A stretch of 64,000 nucleotides of DNA, from positions 137,454,001 to 137,518,000 of the forward strand of contig NC_042999.1 of NCBI RefSeq assembly GCF_006345805.1, written 5' to 3'. A model generated the notes under the pieces. That model searched no databases. It was not told where the DNA came from and worked only from the letters and a program-made list of their open reading frames with translations. Below are positions 12,563 to 24,969 of the stretch, piece by piece. The stretch is from Octopus sinensis (taxonomy: Eukaryota). The position numbers were made by a program, and so were the translations under genes. How positions within the stretch are numbered: position 1 is the first letter of the stretch; every line of letters begins with the position of its first letter.

Positions 12563-13869
12563 AATGAAAAGTGTCAGATATGGTGAATTTCAAATACAGT
12601 TATTAACAAATGTTATATGAAATCCATAAAATTATGTTCACTGTTGTGTATTTGTAGCATCCAACCATTTTACTCTCTATTCTTTACAAGAAGCGTAAGG
12701 GACAGGTATGCTATAAGAAAACGTTTTAGAATTTCTGTACTAAAGATTGTTCTTTAAGCCATTTGTTACCATATTTCTTATGACATACACTACCATTGTT
12801 TCAAGTAATTTTGAAAATAACAAAGAACTTAGTAATATAACTTTGATATTAACCCTTTCATTATCAATCCGGTTGAAACCAGCTCTGGCTCTGAGTACAA
12901 ATGTCTTGTTTTTATAAGTTTTGAATTAAAATCTTCCACCAAACCTTAGTCACAATTTATGTTCCTAACACTAGCTGAATGATAACTAAATTATTTTACT
13001 CAATTATTTGTTATATTTAAAGTAATTGAAAGAAATGCAGAACATCTCAAAATAAATACAGTAACGAAAAGGTTGGAGCATAACTAAATATAAAATTTTA
13101 ATTAAGTCACTTTAAAATGAGTTTGTGTCACAGAACTAGCTTAATGCCAGGCAAGTTGGTATCAAAAGAGTAAAAAACAAGATTTTGACAAAAGAAAGTG
13201 ATTTCATTTGGAAACAAACAAAAAATTACTTTACAGCCTAGTATATTTAAAATGATGCTGTTGTTTAGCTCTTGATCAACCATGATCAAGCAGACTTACA
13301 GTAAGTAGTATTCTAGATGTGGCTGTACAAGCTTTTGATAGATTATCCAGCAACCAATTGCCCCTCAACTCACACAATAGAATGTGAGTTGAAGGGGAAC
13401 TGATTGCTACTTCTGGCAGGTCATACCGAGGCTTTTACATTGGTTTAACAGTTAAAATGTATAACTGATTGTGAATTGATTAAATGATACTGTAAATTAT
13501 ACTAAAGCAGTAAATTAGCAGAAAGAGTGAAATGTTGGTCTAAATGTATTCCACTATTTAATCTTCACTCTAGTTCTCTTCACTGATTTTGTCCAAGAAG
13601 TACCAAAATATAAATGGTGGGGGTGTATGCAGAACTGATTATAAGGAATGAAATAAAATGTTTTCACAAAGAGACAGCCACCTAAAGCTAAATAAGGAAC
13701 CAACCCCATGGATCCCAAATTACCCTGGCTACCAAGGACAAGTGGCTTCTCCCTGCAGTGTTCTCCAGTCTTTAGATACATGATGAAAATAGGCTCACCC
13801 ACCTTTCAATAAATTCACAAGAGGGTATGAGAGTCAGTACATTCCTTTATTTTAGCTCTTTGATCCCTG

Positions 13870-14340
13870 TGGAGCATAGACCTTCAAAAACGTTTCTCCA
13901 CTGTCCCCAACTATGGGCTGTCTTTTCTGCTTTTCTCCACTTAGATTCCTACTTTTTCAGTTGTCTTAGTTTTTAGGACATTCGCTCTTCCACTCTGTTC
14001 AAACAGCATTAGAGCTCATCAACTTGCCTTCCAAAGTACATAAAACACTGACCAAGCATCCAGTAATGTCTTCTACTACAACCTTGGGCTGACCAATGAT
14101 TTGTGAGTGGAACTGGCAGGTGGAAACTAAGAAGAAACCCTTGTTTCATTTCTCTCCAGCCTTCAAACAACCTCTACATTCAATGTTCTTGTCTCATTAC
14201 CATGCAGTATCACACTTCATTCACAAGTATCATACAATCTACACTTTGCTCAAAGAGAGAATCTCCTTGTTGCCAGCAACAGTAATAGCTCTCTGAACTT
14301 TCCCTGTCCTATTCTTATTCTGATTGCATCACAGCCGTGT
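13870..14340 (-). mobile_element. Decayed RTE LINE fragment with a SINE remnant inside
   Basis: Minus strand reads KFRELLLLLATRRFSL...CRLYD...LHG.ET...RLERNE, homologous to 18160-18290. Confidence 0.65.
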
Positions 14341-14344
14341 CTAT

Positions 14345-14730
14345 GTAGGTGCAGATATGGGTGTAAGGTTAAGAAGTTTGATTTGCAACCATGTGGTTTC
14401 AGATCCAGTCCCATTGCACAGCACCTTCAGAAAATGTCTTCTCCTATGGTCCAGGTTAATCAAAGTCTTGTAGGTGAATTTAATAGATAGAAAAGTGTCA
14501 CATAATGAGAACCCATTCCAGCACCAGGTACCTGTGCTAGCACCACATAAAAAACATCCAGTACACTTTGTAAAGTGATTGCCATTAGGAAGGGCATCCA
14601 GCCATAGAAACCATGCCAAAAAAACAGCTGGAGCCTGGTGCAGCTCTTTGGCTTGCCAGCTCCTGTCCTGTCAAAATGTCCAACCCATACCAGCTCGGAA
14701 AACAGATATTAAATGATGATGATGATAATC
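14345..14730 (+). mobile_element. SINE with tRNA-like head and RTE-derived 3' tail
   Basis: A/B-box-like head (ggttaagaag...ggtttcagatcc) joined to ggcattaggaagggcatccagc...(GAT)n. Confidence 0.7.
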
Positions 14731-14764
14731 ATGATAAAACTGCATGGAAGCCAGTTGTATATAT

Positions 14765-15455
14765 GTATAAGTACAGGATCAGATGGTGAACACACAGAAA
14801 AACCGTTGGCTTGCCAGTCCCCAAAACATGTACCAAGAATGATAAAGATAAAACATCCAGTCGACATCATGCATGGTATTTGGAGTTATCATTAATGATG
14901 GGGACATTATGCCTCCATTCATCTTCCCACAAAGCCTCAGACTCAACATGGAGGATTACATCAAGTGCCTGGATGAGGTAGTGTTGTCCTGGGTCAAGAG
15001 GGTGGCTGCTAGAAGACCTTATGTCTAGCAACAGGAGTCTGAACCCATGCCACACAAGCAGGAGAACTCAGTCATTGCTGTCAGACAATTTCTGCAACCA
15101 CACCACCCCTAACATCTGGCCACCTAACTCCACAGGCTGCAACCCCCTTGGTTATTATGTGTGGGGCGCAGTTGTGTGAGAGACCAACAAAACTCTTTGT
15201 AACATCAAAAATGAACTGAAGGCAAGCATTATGGCAGCATTCACCAACTTAAACAAGGAGACCATCCAAAAGATCTCCAGGAGATTCTGAAGTTGTCTGG
15301 AAGCCATGGTTGAAGCAAATGCTGAGTTTATTGAATAAATTTACTCTTTAGTAGTTCAAGATATTTTTATGTAATTTTGATAAATGTATCTGTTAAAATG
15401 AGATGTCAGTGTTATTTTCATTTTTGCATAATTTAGACAATTTATTCACTGCACC
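14765..15455 (+). mobile_element. Tc1/mariner DD37D (maT-type) transposase 3' relic with right end
   Basis: MVFGVIINDGDIMPPFIFP...QQ(E)SxPCHTSRRTQ...WPPNSTGCNPL(G)YYVWG; 37 residues between the expected 2nd and 3rd catalytic positions; several stops and one frameshift. Confidence 0.8.
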
Positions 15456-15672
15456 ATATATATATATATATATATATAGTTGAAATTTACAGAAAAATAA
15501 AAGACAAACAACAAACCGATGTATTAGTTTTATGCTTGGGAAGGTGAGAAAGTCTTTTATGTTTCGAGCCTACACTCTTCAACAAAAAGGAATATGAGGA
15601 AATAAACAGAGAGAATAAATAAAACTTTTGGAGCTAGCGGTCAATCATGGTGGCTATATATATATATATGTC

Positions 15673-15871
15673 TATAATTATAATTAAAAGTACCGAAGAG
15701 GCACCACCATGCCAGAAATAGCAGTCAAAAGTAACTAATAGAACCACATCATGTATTCATATAGCACTGGTGATAAGATAAATGAACAAAGAAATTAGTG
15801 GTTCTATAGTTAGTTTTGACTGCTATTTCTGGCATGGTGGTGCCTCTTCAGTACCTTTAATTATAATTATA
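15673..15871. repeat. Fold-back palindrome (~75-bp arms, 50-bp spacer), each arm carrying a hammerhead core
   Basis: Arms read C(C/T)GAAGA GGCA-CCACCA-TGCC A GAAA T AGCA GTC. Confidence 0.85.
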
Positions 15872-15989
15872 TTTATATTATTATATACCTATAATAATTA
15901 TTACCTATATGGAATTTTCCATGCAGGCCAATTGATATGATCATTATTTCAAATAAAGGTCATATCCTTTATATATATTACACACACAC

Positions 15990-16155
15990 ACACAATGGGC
16001 TTCTTTCAATTACTGTCTATCAAATCCACCCACAAGGCTTTGATTGCCTCAGAGCTATAGTAGATGACACTGGCCTAAGTTGTCATGCTGTAGAACTGAA
16101 CCAGAGACCACATGGTTGAGAAGTAAGCTTCTCAACTACACAGCCATGCTTGCCT
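15990..16155 (-). mobile_element. tRNA-derived SINE 5' half
   Basis: gggcttctttc...gaaccagagaccacatggttgagaagtaagcttct, same family as 6660-6818. Confidence 0.7.
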
Positions 16156-17159
16156 ACACACACATATATACTATAATCCATACAAACAATAAAAACTGGA
16201 TTCTTTCTTAGTGGCAGTCTGTAAAGAGAGACAGGCAATAAATCTTGCAGCTGCTGTTTAATGCTTTATATTTCAGTACATTATTTTGTAATGGCACCAA
16301 ACAATACAGTATAAACTGTTAGTTAACTTCTGGCTGCTGCAAGCAACATCAAGAAAAAAACAAATATGCACACACACGCACTGATAATCATCTTGCTATA
16401 ATATACTGTTTTAATGTTTGGTTAACTTTCGACTATTTTCAGCATTGGATCGTTTTTGTTTTTTATTATAGTGTGCAGTCAATAGGGTTTTGTTAAATGT
16501 CATTGTTGCTGTTTGTCATTGTTCCTGTTGTTTTTGTCAACCATTCTTGTTGAATGTTATGGCTGTTTGCTTTTATTGTTTTATACCAATGATTTTGCGG
16601 TACTTCAACAAGATGGAGTGAGATTTGAAACCATTTGTTCATGATTACTTAATCTTTTATCATTTGCACAATCACGTGAGCAATGACAAGGTCTGTCCCA
16701 TACACCTGGCAGCACCAATGGTGTGTCTCTGAGTTCCATGCACCTGGCAATACTAATTAGCTTGCTTAGTTTCCACCAGACAATTTATTTCATTACAGTT
16801 TATGGTTTATACACTTAAAACAGATTCTCCTTTTCTGTCTGTATTATTTTTCCTCTGGAAGAATATGAGAGGGGTGGTAAGAAGACATTGCAAGGGAAAG
16901 ATGGGAACAGTCTCAAATAAACATTTGTTCAATGAAACAAATATATAAATAAGCATGTCTTATTTTGCAAACTTTTTAATGAAATTCTTTTTAATGTATC
17001 AAAGACTTAAAGACTATTTAATTCTTTTTGATTATTTGGGATGCTTTTTTTCCAGCCTCACAGACATAGATAATTATCAGCACAGATCAACACACCAGGA
17101 AAAAAAGAACTAAGGAGATAAACAATGTAAGTCTAATAATTCTTAAGAATTTAAAATAT

Positions 17160-19044
17160 TGGGCGGTGCAGGTTATGGTCTTGTCACCAGCATTTTCAAT
17201 CAGGTAGCTCATGAAGGAATCATACCCAATGACTGGTGTAGCAGCACCATAGTCAACTGCTACAAGGGTAAAGGTGATGCTTTAGATAGAAATAACTACA
17301 GGGGTATCAAATTATTAGATCAGGTGATGAAAGTTAGAGAGAGTCATAGCCCAACTAATTAAGGAGAGAGTTAGCCTAGATGAGATGCAGTTTGGTTTTG
17401 TGCCAGGCAGAAGCACCACTGATGCTATATTTCTGTTAAGGCAACTGCAGGAGAAATATCTAGCCAAAGATAAACCTCTGTACCTGGCTTTTGTTGACTT
17501 GGAGAAAGCCTTTGACAAGGTCCCCCAATCCCTTATCTGGTGGCCAATGCAGAAACTGGGGATAGACGAGTGGTTGGTAAGAGCTGTACAAGCCCTGTAC
17601 TGGGATGCTGTCAGTAAGGTGAGAGTTGGCAATGAATATAGTGAAGAATTCTGAGTAGAGGTAGGGGTTCACCAAGGATCGGTCTTCAGCCCCCTCTTAT
17701 TAATTATAGTCCTCCAGGCAATAACAGAAGAATTCAAGACAGGCTGCCCTTGGGAGCTGCTCTATGCTGATGACCTTGCTCTAATAGCCAAATCACTGCC
17801 AGAACTAGATAAAGTTTAGGGTGTGGAAGCAAGGTATAGAATTGAAGGGATTTAGGGTTGACCTAGCAAAAACCAAAGTCTTAGTTGGAAGGCTGTCAAA
17901 TCACAAACTCCTTCAGGTAGATGGCCCTGCTTGATCTGTAGAAAAGCATGGGTAGAAACTCCATAAGATGTACCCGGTGTAAGCTTTGGACACATCAAAG
18001 GTGGAGCAATAGGGGCAATAAACACTGAAGATGTTCAAAAAACAAATTCCATCATATGCCAGGGGGAGAAACTAGAAGTAGTAATAGCTTCCACAACCTC
18101 GGTGACCAAGTTTGTAGTGGGGGTGGATGCTCTGAGAGTGTAGAAGCTAGAGTAAGAGTAGCCTGGGCAAAGTTCAGGGATCTCCTACCTTTGCTGGCAA
18201 CTAAGGGCCTCTTGCTCAAGATGAAAGACTGTATGATGTATGGGCCATGACTTCCGAGAACATGTGTAGGCCTGAAAGAAATGAAGATAGTATGTCCCAC
18301 TGGATGCGTAATGTACACACTGGATACACACACACAACAGAGAGAAAAGTTGTGCATAACAAGCATCAAATGTGGTGTGCAAGAGAGACAACTATGCTGG
18401 TATGGTCATGTGTTACATATGGATGAGTGCAGGAGTGTGAGGAAGTGCCACTCCCTAACTGTGGAAGAGGTAGACCCAGGAAGACATGGGATGAGGTGTG
18501 AAGCATGACCTTCGAACATTGGGCCTCACAGAAGCAATAACAGGAGACCGAGACCTTTAAGATATGCTGTGATTGAGAAGACCCAGCAACTAAAGTGAGA
18601 TCGCAGCCATGGCCAATGCCAGTATTGCATGTCTGGCCCATTTAAGAGTACCCTTGATGTGTCAGGCGATATGATATGCTTGAGATCTATTGAGTCAAGT
18701 AAAACCAAAATCTTAGCCATTGCCAGTGCCCCCTGACTGGCTCTTGTTCCGGTAGCACATAAATATGTGGCCGATGCTAGTAGCCCCTGACTGGCTCCCA
18801 TGTCAGTGGCATGTAAAAAGCACTATCTGAACATGACCAATGCCAGGCCTACCTGACTGGCTCCTGTGCTGGTGGCATGTAAAAAACACCCACAACACTC
18901 TCAGAGTGGTTGGCATTAGAAAGGGCATCAAGCTATAGAAACACTGCCAGATCAGATTGGAACCTGGTGCAGCTGCTGGCTCTCCAGACCTCAGTCAAGC
19001 CATCCAACCCATGCCAGCATGGAAAACAGACGTATGATGATGAT
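17160..19044 (+). mobile_element. 5'-truncated RTE-clade LINE, decayed reverse transcriptase plus 3' UTR
   Basis: NYRGIKLL, QFGFVPGRSTTDAIF, AFVDLEKAFD, GVHQGS, LLYADD (17763-17774); stops and frameshifts; (GAT)n tail. Confidence 0.95.
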
Positions 19045-19349
19045 AAGAATACTGATGTCTGGTCCAGTGGTTAGAACTTAGAATAATTTTACCAAGTAAA
19101 GTTTTCAAACTCAATTCCTGGCTCAACTCTGGAATATCACTTGAAGATGATTGGATATAATGCTGATGGAAATGCTTGAGTCAACAATACATCCAAAATT
19201 ATGAAATAGCCCAAAAAACAAACAGCATATAAAATAATTATTTATGAGATGATTAAATTTTGTATGTTTTACTTTTTAAATTGAATTTTTACTCAATTTC
19301 AAACTAAAACAACATTTCATCTTTCCAATCATAATATTATATTATAGAT

Positions 19350-19380
<31 letters not shown>

Positions 19381-19502
19381 CATTAATGCTATAATTGAGA
19401 TGTACAGTTTGCATTTAAAATTCTATTCCTTTAAATTTTTTCTATTCTCCACCCATTCTTTACCTCATTTAAAAACAAATTATTTAAAAAAAACAGAGAC
19501 AA

Positions 19503-19506
<4 letters not shown>

Positions 19507-19579
<73 letters not shown>
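19507..19579. repeat. (GA)n microsatellite
   Basis: Direct reading. Confidence 0.97.
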
Positions 19580-19580
<1 letters not shown>

Positions 19581-21382
19581 ACAAGAGTAGAGTATGCGTG
19601 AGAAAGATTGACTGCTTTATTCGGAGAATGGGAACATGGAAATAAATTGATAATAATGATAACAATAATGATAATATTAATATAAAATGAGGTAAAACAA
19701 ATAAGAAAAGGGAATTGGCAAAGTGCCAGGTCACCGAAAGATTTATGACTTCTAATCATTGATTCTGTACAGAAAGCAAATAGAGTAAGGAGGAAAAGAT
19801 AAGGGTAAATGTGAGGTGGAACAGAGAGGGGTGGTGTTAAGATGCTGGGAGTCCAGCTAAATGAGAAGACAGCCCCTTACTCTTCAACCCTCCAAATACA
19901 ATTGTTTTCTCTAAAATATTATGGAAGTAGTGGCTCTTCCCCAAGATATGCCGCATTTGGCTTGGTAAATGCACATACAGCATGGTAAATGTGACATGGC
20001 AAATAAAGAAAAGAGAAAACATTTTCCAATAAACAAGCAAGAGGAATATGTTATGTTAATCTAGTGTATTTAGTATTTTGTCAAGTTGTAATTATTTTGA
20101 ACCTAGTCATTCCTGCTCCTGCATATCTATGATCAAAGATATTCCTGCCATGACCATCTATCCCATCTTGCTTTCAGACATAGCATATCTAAGATTGTAT
20201 TTATATTATCCAATGTGTCCATTTTTTGAAGAAAAGTAAGGTGTGACTTAGCTGTTGCTTAACCAATAAAAAAAGCCCCTTTTGCCTTTCAAAACTTAAC
20301 AAATGGGCATTACTGAATGCAAGGTAATTGGCTCCAAGAATGTAATGTAGATGAATCCAAAATCAAACAAACTGTCATCTTTTTTTCCTCAGAAATGCAA
20401 TAAGTGCTAATAACTATTAATTTCAATTGGGGAAATACTGAAATTGCTTGATGCAACTGGCAGCACTGACACCAAAGAAGATTCAGAACAATTCTAAATA
20501 GCTCTCTTGAAAAGAAATTAACTAAAGAGGACACAGGTTAATGATTAACATGTTTGAATTGAAGATCTATGTTACTGTGGAAAGAAAGTTTTAAAACACG
20601 GTGGGAATAACTTGGAATAAATTCATAAAATCAAACTCTTGTATCGTAAGTTGAGTTTAGTTATGTCATTTTGGACAAGACTTCAAAACATGAAAGAATG
20701 TTGGAAAGTTGTGAATAAAACCAGGTAGGAAGATAAGGAGCTTAGTAGAAAAATGGTTTAAAAAAAACAAAACAGATAGACACAAACAGAAAAATAGGGA
20801 GGCTCTTAGAGATAGAAGCAGACAGACTTATAGAAACAGTAATCTTGTCAAAATGTCTTCATATAGCAGCATGGAAGGAAGGTTGATGATGGTGATGGTG
20901 ACTAGAGGAAACCACATAGGGTTAGTGTTTATTTTGAAATAAAAAACCATATCACATGGAGTTGTTTAGTTCAAGGTCAGCTCATCAAAGACATTCCAGT
21001 TGTGTCTGTCCCACCTTTTATTAAAAGATAAGAGTGGATTTGAGATAAACAATAAGGTTGTGAAGTAACTAAAATACTAATATACAGTAATAAAAAAATT
21101 AAAAAAGAGACTGTTTGCTCTAAAAAAAATATATAGTTGTTTAGCCCAAGATCAGCCCTAATTAAGCTGAAGCACAAAGGTATTCCATTTGTAAATATCA
21201 TGTTTTTCATTCTACATTATGTGTGCTTATTTTCAAATGCAGTACAGGTTTGTTTGTTAGGGATTTGATTACTATTTGTAACAGTCAAGAGATTAGGCAA
21301 AGCTTCTATTGCTGACTTATTAAATATATAGCTAAAAAAATGTGAAACATTACATACAAATAATAATAATAATAATAATAAT

Positions 21383-21935
21383 CCAGAAATGGTACAGACA
21401 TGAACTAGAAGGAGTCACTGAGAACAATGAATATAAGACACTGTGGGATATTATAATCCAATGTGACTCCTTAATAAATGATCAGAGACTAGATTTTGTT
21501 GTGGTAGATAAAGGAAACAAAAATTATAGATACCTGGAGATGCACGCGTAAGTGAGAAAGAACTAGAAAAGATTGAAAAGTACAGACTACTAGAAGATGA
21601 AATTGCAAGAATGTGGACTATGAGGTGAGTTCATTCCAGTAGTTGTAGGGGCACTAACAACCAATTTCAAAAAATGTGTCAAAGAAATCGAAATTAACAT
21701 GAGAGCAGAGCAAGCCTAAAAACTGCTCTGTTGGGGACAGCTAGGATTTTGAGATTGGTACTTGGATGTTGAATGCCTCTCACGATAATTAACAACCAAG
21801 TATAATAAGCTTATAATGTGTGAAAATGAGACCCTGTGAGACTTCTGACAGCAGGCTGCTGTCTGCTCTCACAAAATCAACAAGAGCAAACATGATCGAG
21901 AGCTCTGAGAAGTAAAACAATAATAATAATAGTAG
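21383..21935 (+). mobile_element. 5'-truncated Dong/R4-clade non-LTR element (restriction-like endonuclease end) inserted in (TAA)n
   Basis: LWDIIIQCD...QRLDFVVVDK...PGDARVSEKELEKIEKY.LL.DEI.RMW...IPVVVGAL...KTALLGTARILRLVLGC*; (TAA)n on both sides. Confidence 0.8.
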
Positions 21936-21939
21936 TAAT

Positions 21940-22270
21940 ATTTTAAATTTTGGCACAAGGCTAGCAATTTTGGGGGAGTACATCAACCCCAGTACTTTAC
22001 TGGTACTTATTTTATCAATCCCAAAAGGATGAAAGACAAATTTAACCTTGGTGGAATTTGAACTCAGAACATATAAGAGACAAAATGTCGTTAAGCATCA
22101 ACGGCTTAAGTCAAATACATCTACCCCAATGCTCAAATGATACTTATTTTATCAACCCCGAAAGGATGAAAGGCAAAGTCAATCTTGGCAACATTTAAAC
22201 TCAGAATGTGAAGACGATGAAATACCACTAAGCATTTTTCCCAGCATGCAAACGATTCTGCCAGCTTGCC

Positions 22271-22303
<33 letters not shown>

Positions 22304-22510
22304 GTTCCTGATTTAGGTATAAGGCCAGCAGTTTTGAGAGGAAGGAGTAGATTGATAGCACTGGCTCCAGTATTTGACTGGTATTTTATTTTATTGACAC
22401 TAAAAGATGAAATGCAAAGCTGACCTGGGCAGCATTTGAACTCTCAACATAAAACAGAGAAACGCCACTCAGCATTTTGTCTAACATGCTAATAATTCTA
22501 CCGCTCACTA
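21940..22510 (-). mobile_element. Cluster of about three tRNA-derived SINE copies with (ATT)n tails
   Basis: Repeated ggtacttattttatc..ccc.aaaggatgaaaggcaaagtc...ggaatttgaactcagaa blocks. Confidence 0.8.
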
Positions 22511-23489
22511 GCATGAGGCCTATGTGCAGACACACGCAGAAATATTGCTGTAAATGGGCAGTAAAGAATTTAAGAATTTATGCAGAAACAAAATGAAGGA
22601 AAAATTTAAGCATTTATCTTCGATATATTTCATTCAAATATAACAGCTTTACAAATGAAAAGTGCCAATTGTTTCAACCAACTAAAAATACAAAATATAT
22701 AACTTGTTTGTTTATTGTGTATTCATTACTTGCAAACAATAATACTGTATGCAAAACAAGAAAGACAGACGATAACAAAAAAAAAACCAAAGTGGTAAAG
22801 ATTCTTTTACAAATTAGCAGCAATAGAACTTATTTTTCATTCATCAGCCCTCTAAATTGTTTTGTTTCTCCTGTCTAGTTCTTATATCTTAACACATATC
22901 AAGATTAATTACGCCAGCTGTTATCTAGCTGAAGAAGAAAAAAAAAAGGAAAAAATGGAACCAATTCATTTCTTGCTGACTGACATACAACTTTTCTCAG
23001 AAAGTTAAAGAAAAAACAAAGAAACTCGTATCAAGCCAATCATGTGAAAGTGTATGCATATATGAATACACACACACTTGTGTAAACACACTACCTTATA
23101 TTAAAGATGGAGTATATTAGCAGTGACATTAGATTTTATATAAGATGATTAATAAGTGGAGGTAAGAGCACCTCATGATATTTGCTCCAAATTTCTGCAC
23201 TCTGAGTTCAGATCCCAACGAGGTCAGAATTTAGGCATCAGTGTGTTAGAGGAATGTAAGAGGTATCTTGTAGTACATGTCCTGGCCCTCTGCTTTCTGA
23301 CAGCAATGTCTGCAATGATTATGATGTCAAGCGGTGCCTGGGACAGCATCAATTGCATGAAGAAAAGAAATTTGAATGCAAGTGTAACAACTTATATTCA
23401 CAAAACCATGTCCAGGTCTGCACATACAAATGTTGATAAATGGCTAATTCTGAGTAATGGACAAATGAGAATGCATTTCTACTCTTATA

Positions 23490-23745
23490 TATCATCATCA
23501 TTTTAACACCCATTTATGGAAAAATGCTTGCAGGGGACAGGCGAAATTTGTTAAGGCAGATTCTCTATGGCCAGATGTTCTTCCTATCACCAACCTAAAT
23601 CCATTTCCATGTAAAGATATATATTTCCTCATAGCCAGATATGTTTTCATGGAAGATTGTAAACAAAAGACACCACTTGTATGATGGTAGCATTCATTTA
23701 CAGCTATCAGGTAATGTGAAAACAAGTAGACACTAACACACACAT
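23490..23745 (-). mobile_element. RTE-tailed SINE-like repeat
   Basis: Homologous to 7270-7570. Confidence 0.65.
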
Positions 23746-23747
23746 AT

Positions 23748-24182
23748 ATAATATAAATATATGCATATAAACATACATATATGTACATACCTACATATAT
23801 ATGTATATATACATGCATATATGGGTACAGGACATCAAAAAACCATTGAACACAATGAGAAACGAAAACATAAAAGTAAAAACATGGAAACGAACTTTTT
23901 TTTGAACAACGAAATAAAAAACAGAGAAGTCTTTGCCTTCGAAACATGGAGTAGTTGAAACAGGAACAACTGAAGAAGGGGAATATTCTTTATGTTGTAT
24001 GTCTCGTTTCTCTGGATTTTTTTTTTCGTTGTTCGAAAAAAGTTTGTTTCAATGTTTTGGTTTTTATGTTTTTTGGGCTCAACGTTTTTTTTGATGTCCT
24101 GTATCCATTTATGTATGCACATATACATATATATGTAGGTATGTACATATATGTATGTATATATGCATATATTTATATATTA
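23748..24182. repeat. Fold-back palindrome (~175-bp arms including mirrored microsatellite, ~85-bp spacer)
   Basis: tacaggacatcaaaaaa...gaacaacgaa mirrored by ttcgttgttc...ttttttgatgtcctgta; no TSD seen. Confidence 0.85.
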
Positions 24183-24351
24183 TTTATATTAGTACATGAT
24201 CGAATGCCACACATCCTTTTCCAAGTAAGTTTTATCTCTCTCTCTATATATATATATATATACTTTAGAAATCTGTTTATGTTAATTAATTATCTACATT
24301 ACTTCATGAGTATAGCCTCAAACACTAGGATGTCTAGAGAACTCACATGTA

Positions 24352-24442
24352 TTTTAGCTGATGAGTACGGGACTCGTTTATATGCTGTAATCTTTGCAAC
24401 TTTTAATAAAACCTGTCCTTGTATGAAACGATCGTACTAAAA
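24352..24442 (+). ncRNA. Candidate type I hammerhead ribozyme with complete catalytic core
   Basis: TTTTAG-CTGATGA-GTACGGGAC-[41 nt]-GTCCTTGTAT-GAAAC-GATC-GTA-CTAAAA: perfect 6-bp stem I, ~9-bp stem II, palindromic stem III, GUA triplet. Confidence 0.7.
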
Positions 24443-24474
24443 ACCTATCCATTCTTGTTGCTTCTTTCTCGCGT

Positions 24475-24479
24475 ATATA

Positions 24480-24541
<62 letters not shown>

Positions 24542-24582
24542 TAAAACTTACTTGGAAAAGTATATATATATATATATATATA
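24475..24582. repeat. (TA)n/(GA)n compound microsatellite
   Basis: Direct reading. Confidence 0.9.
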
Positions 24583-24969
24583 TGCGAAAAGCTTCTTTCA
24601 GTTTCTGCCTAACAAATTCATTCACAAGGCTTTGGTAAGCCCAGGTGCAAGAGACTTGTCCATATTTATGAGAAGATTTTGGAAGTATAATACAGAATGA
24701 GAAGTGTGTGTGTATGTGTGTGCATTGGCTTTTGTGTGTAAAGTTGTCTGTATACTTTGTAATTTTCCATTTCAGTTGCATATGTGCAATTTTGTTGGGT
24801 TTGTCATGTGTTGCACATGTGTGCATGTAAAAGCAAGCATGAGAACAGAGTATAAAGTAGTGGGATCACATTATCTAATGTGTCATTTTAAGATGGTGGG
24901 GTGAAATTTGGAAGAGATTTGGCTACTATTTCTAGCTAGTGTGTGTTAATTTTTTTGAAGTCTTGCAAC

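Noticed and set aside
17315-18801. RT-containing ORFs as an active LINE
   Set aside because: Multiple stops and frameshifts, no endonuclease domain, 5'-truncated; kept only as a relic
19400-19759. RE/SL-repeat ORFs
   Set aside because: Encoded by the (GA)n microsatellite
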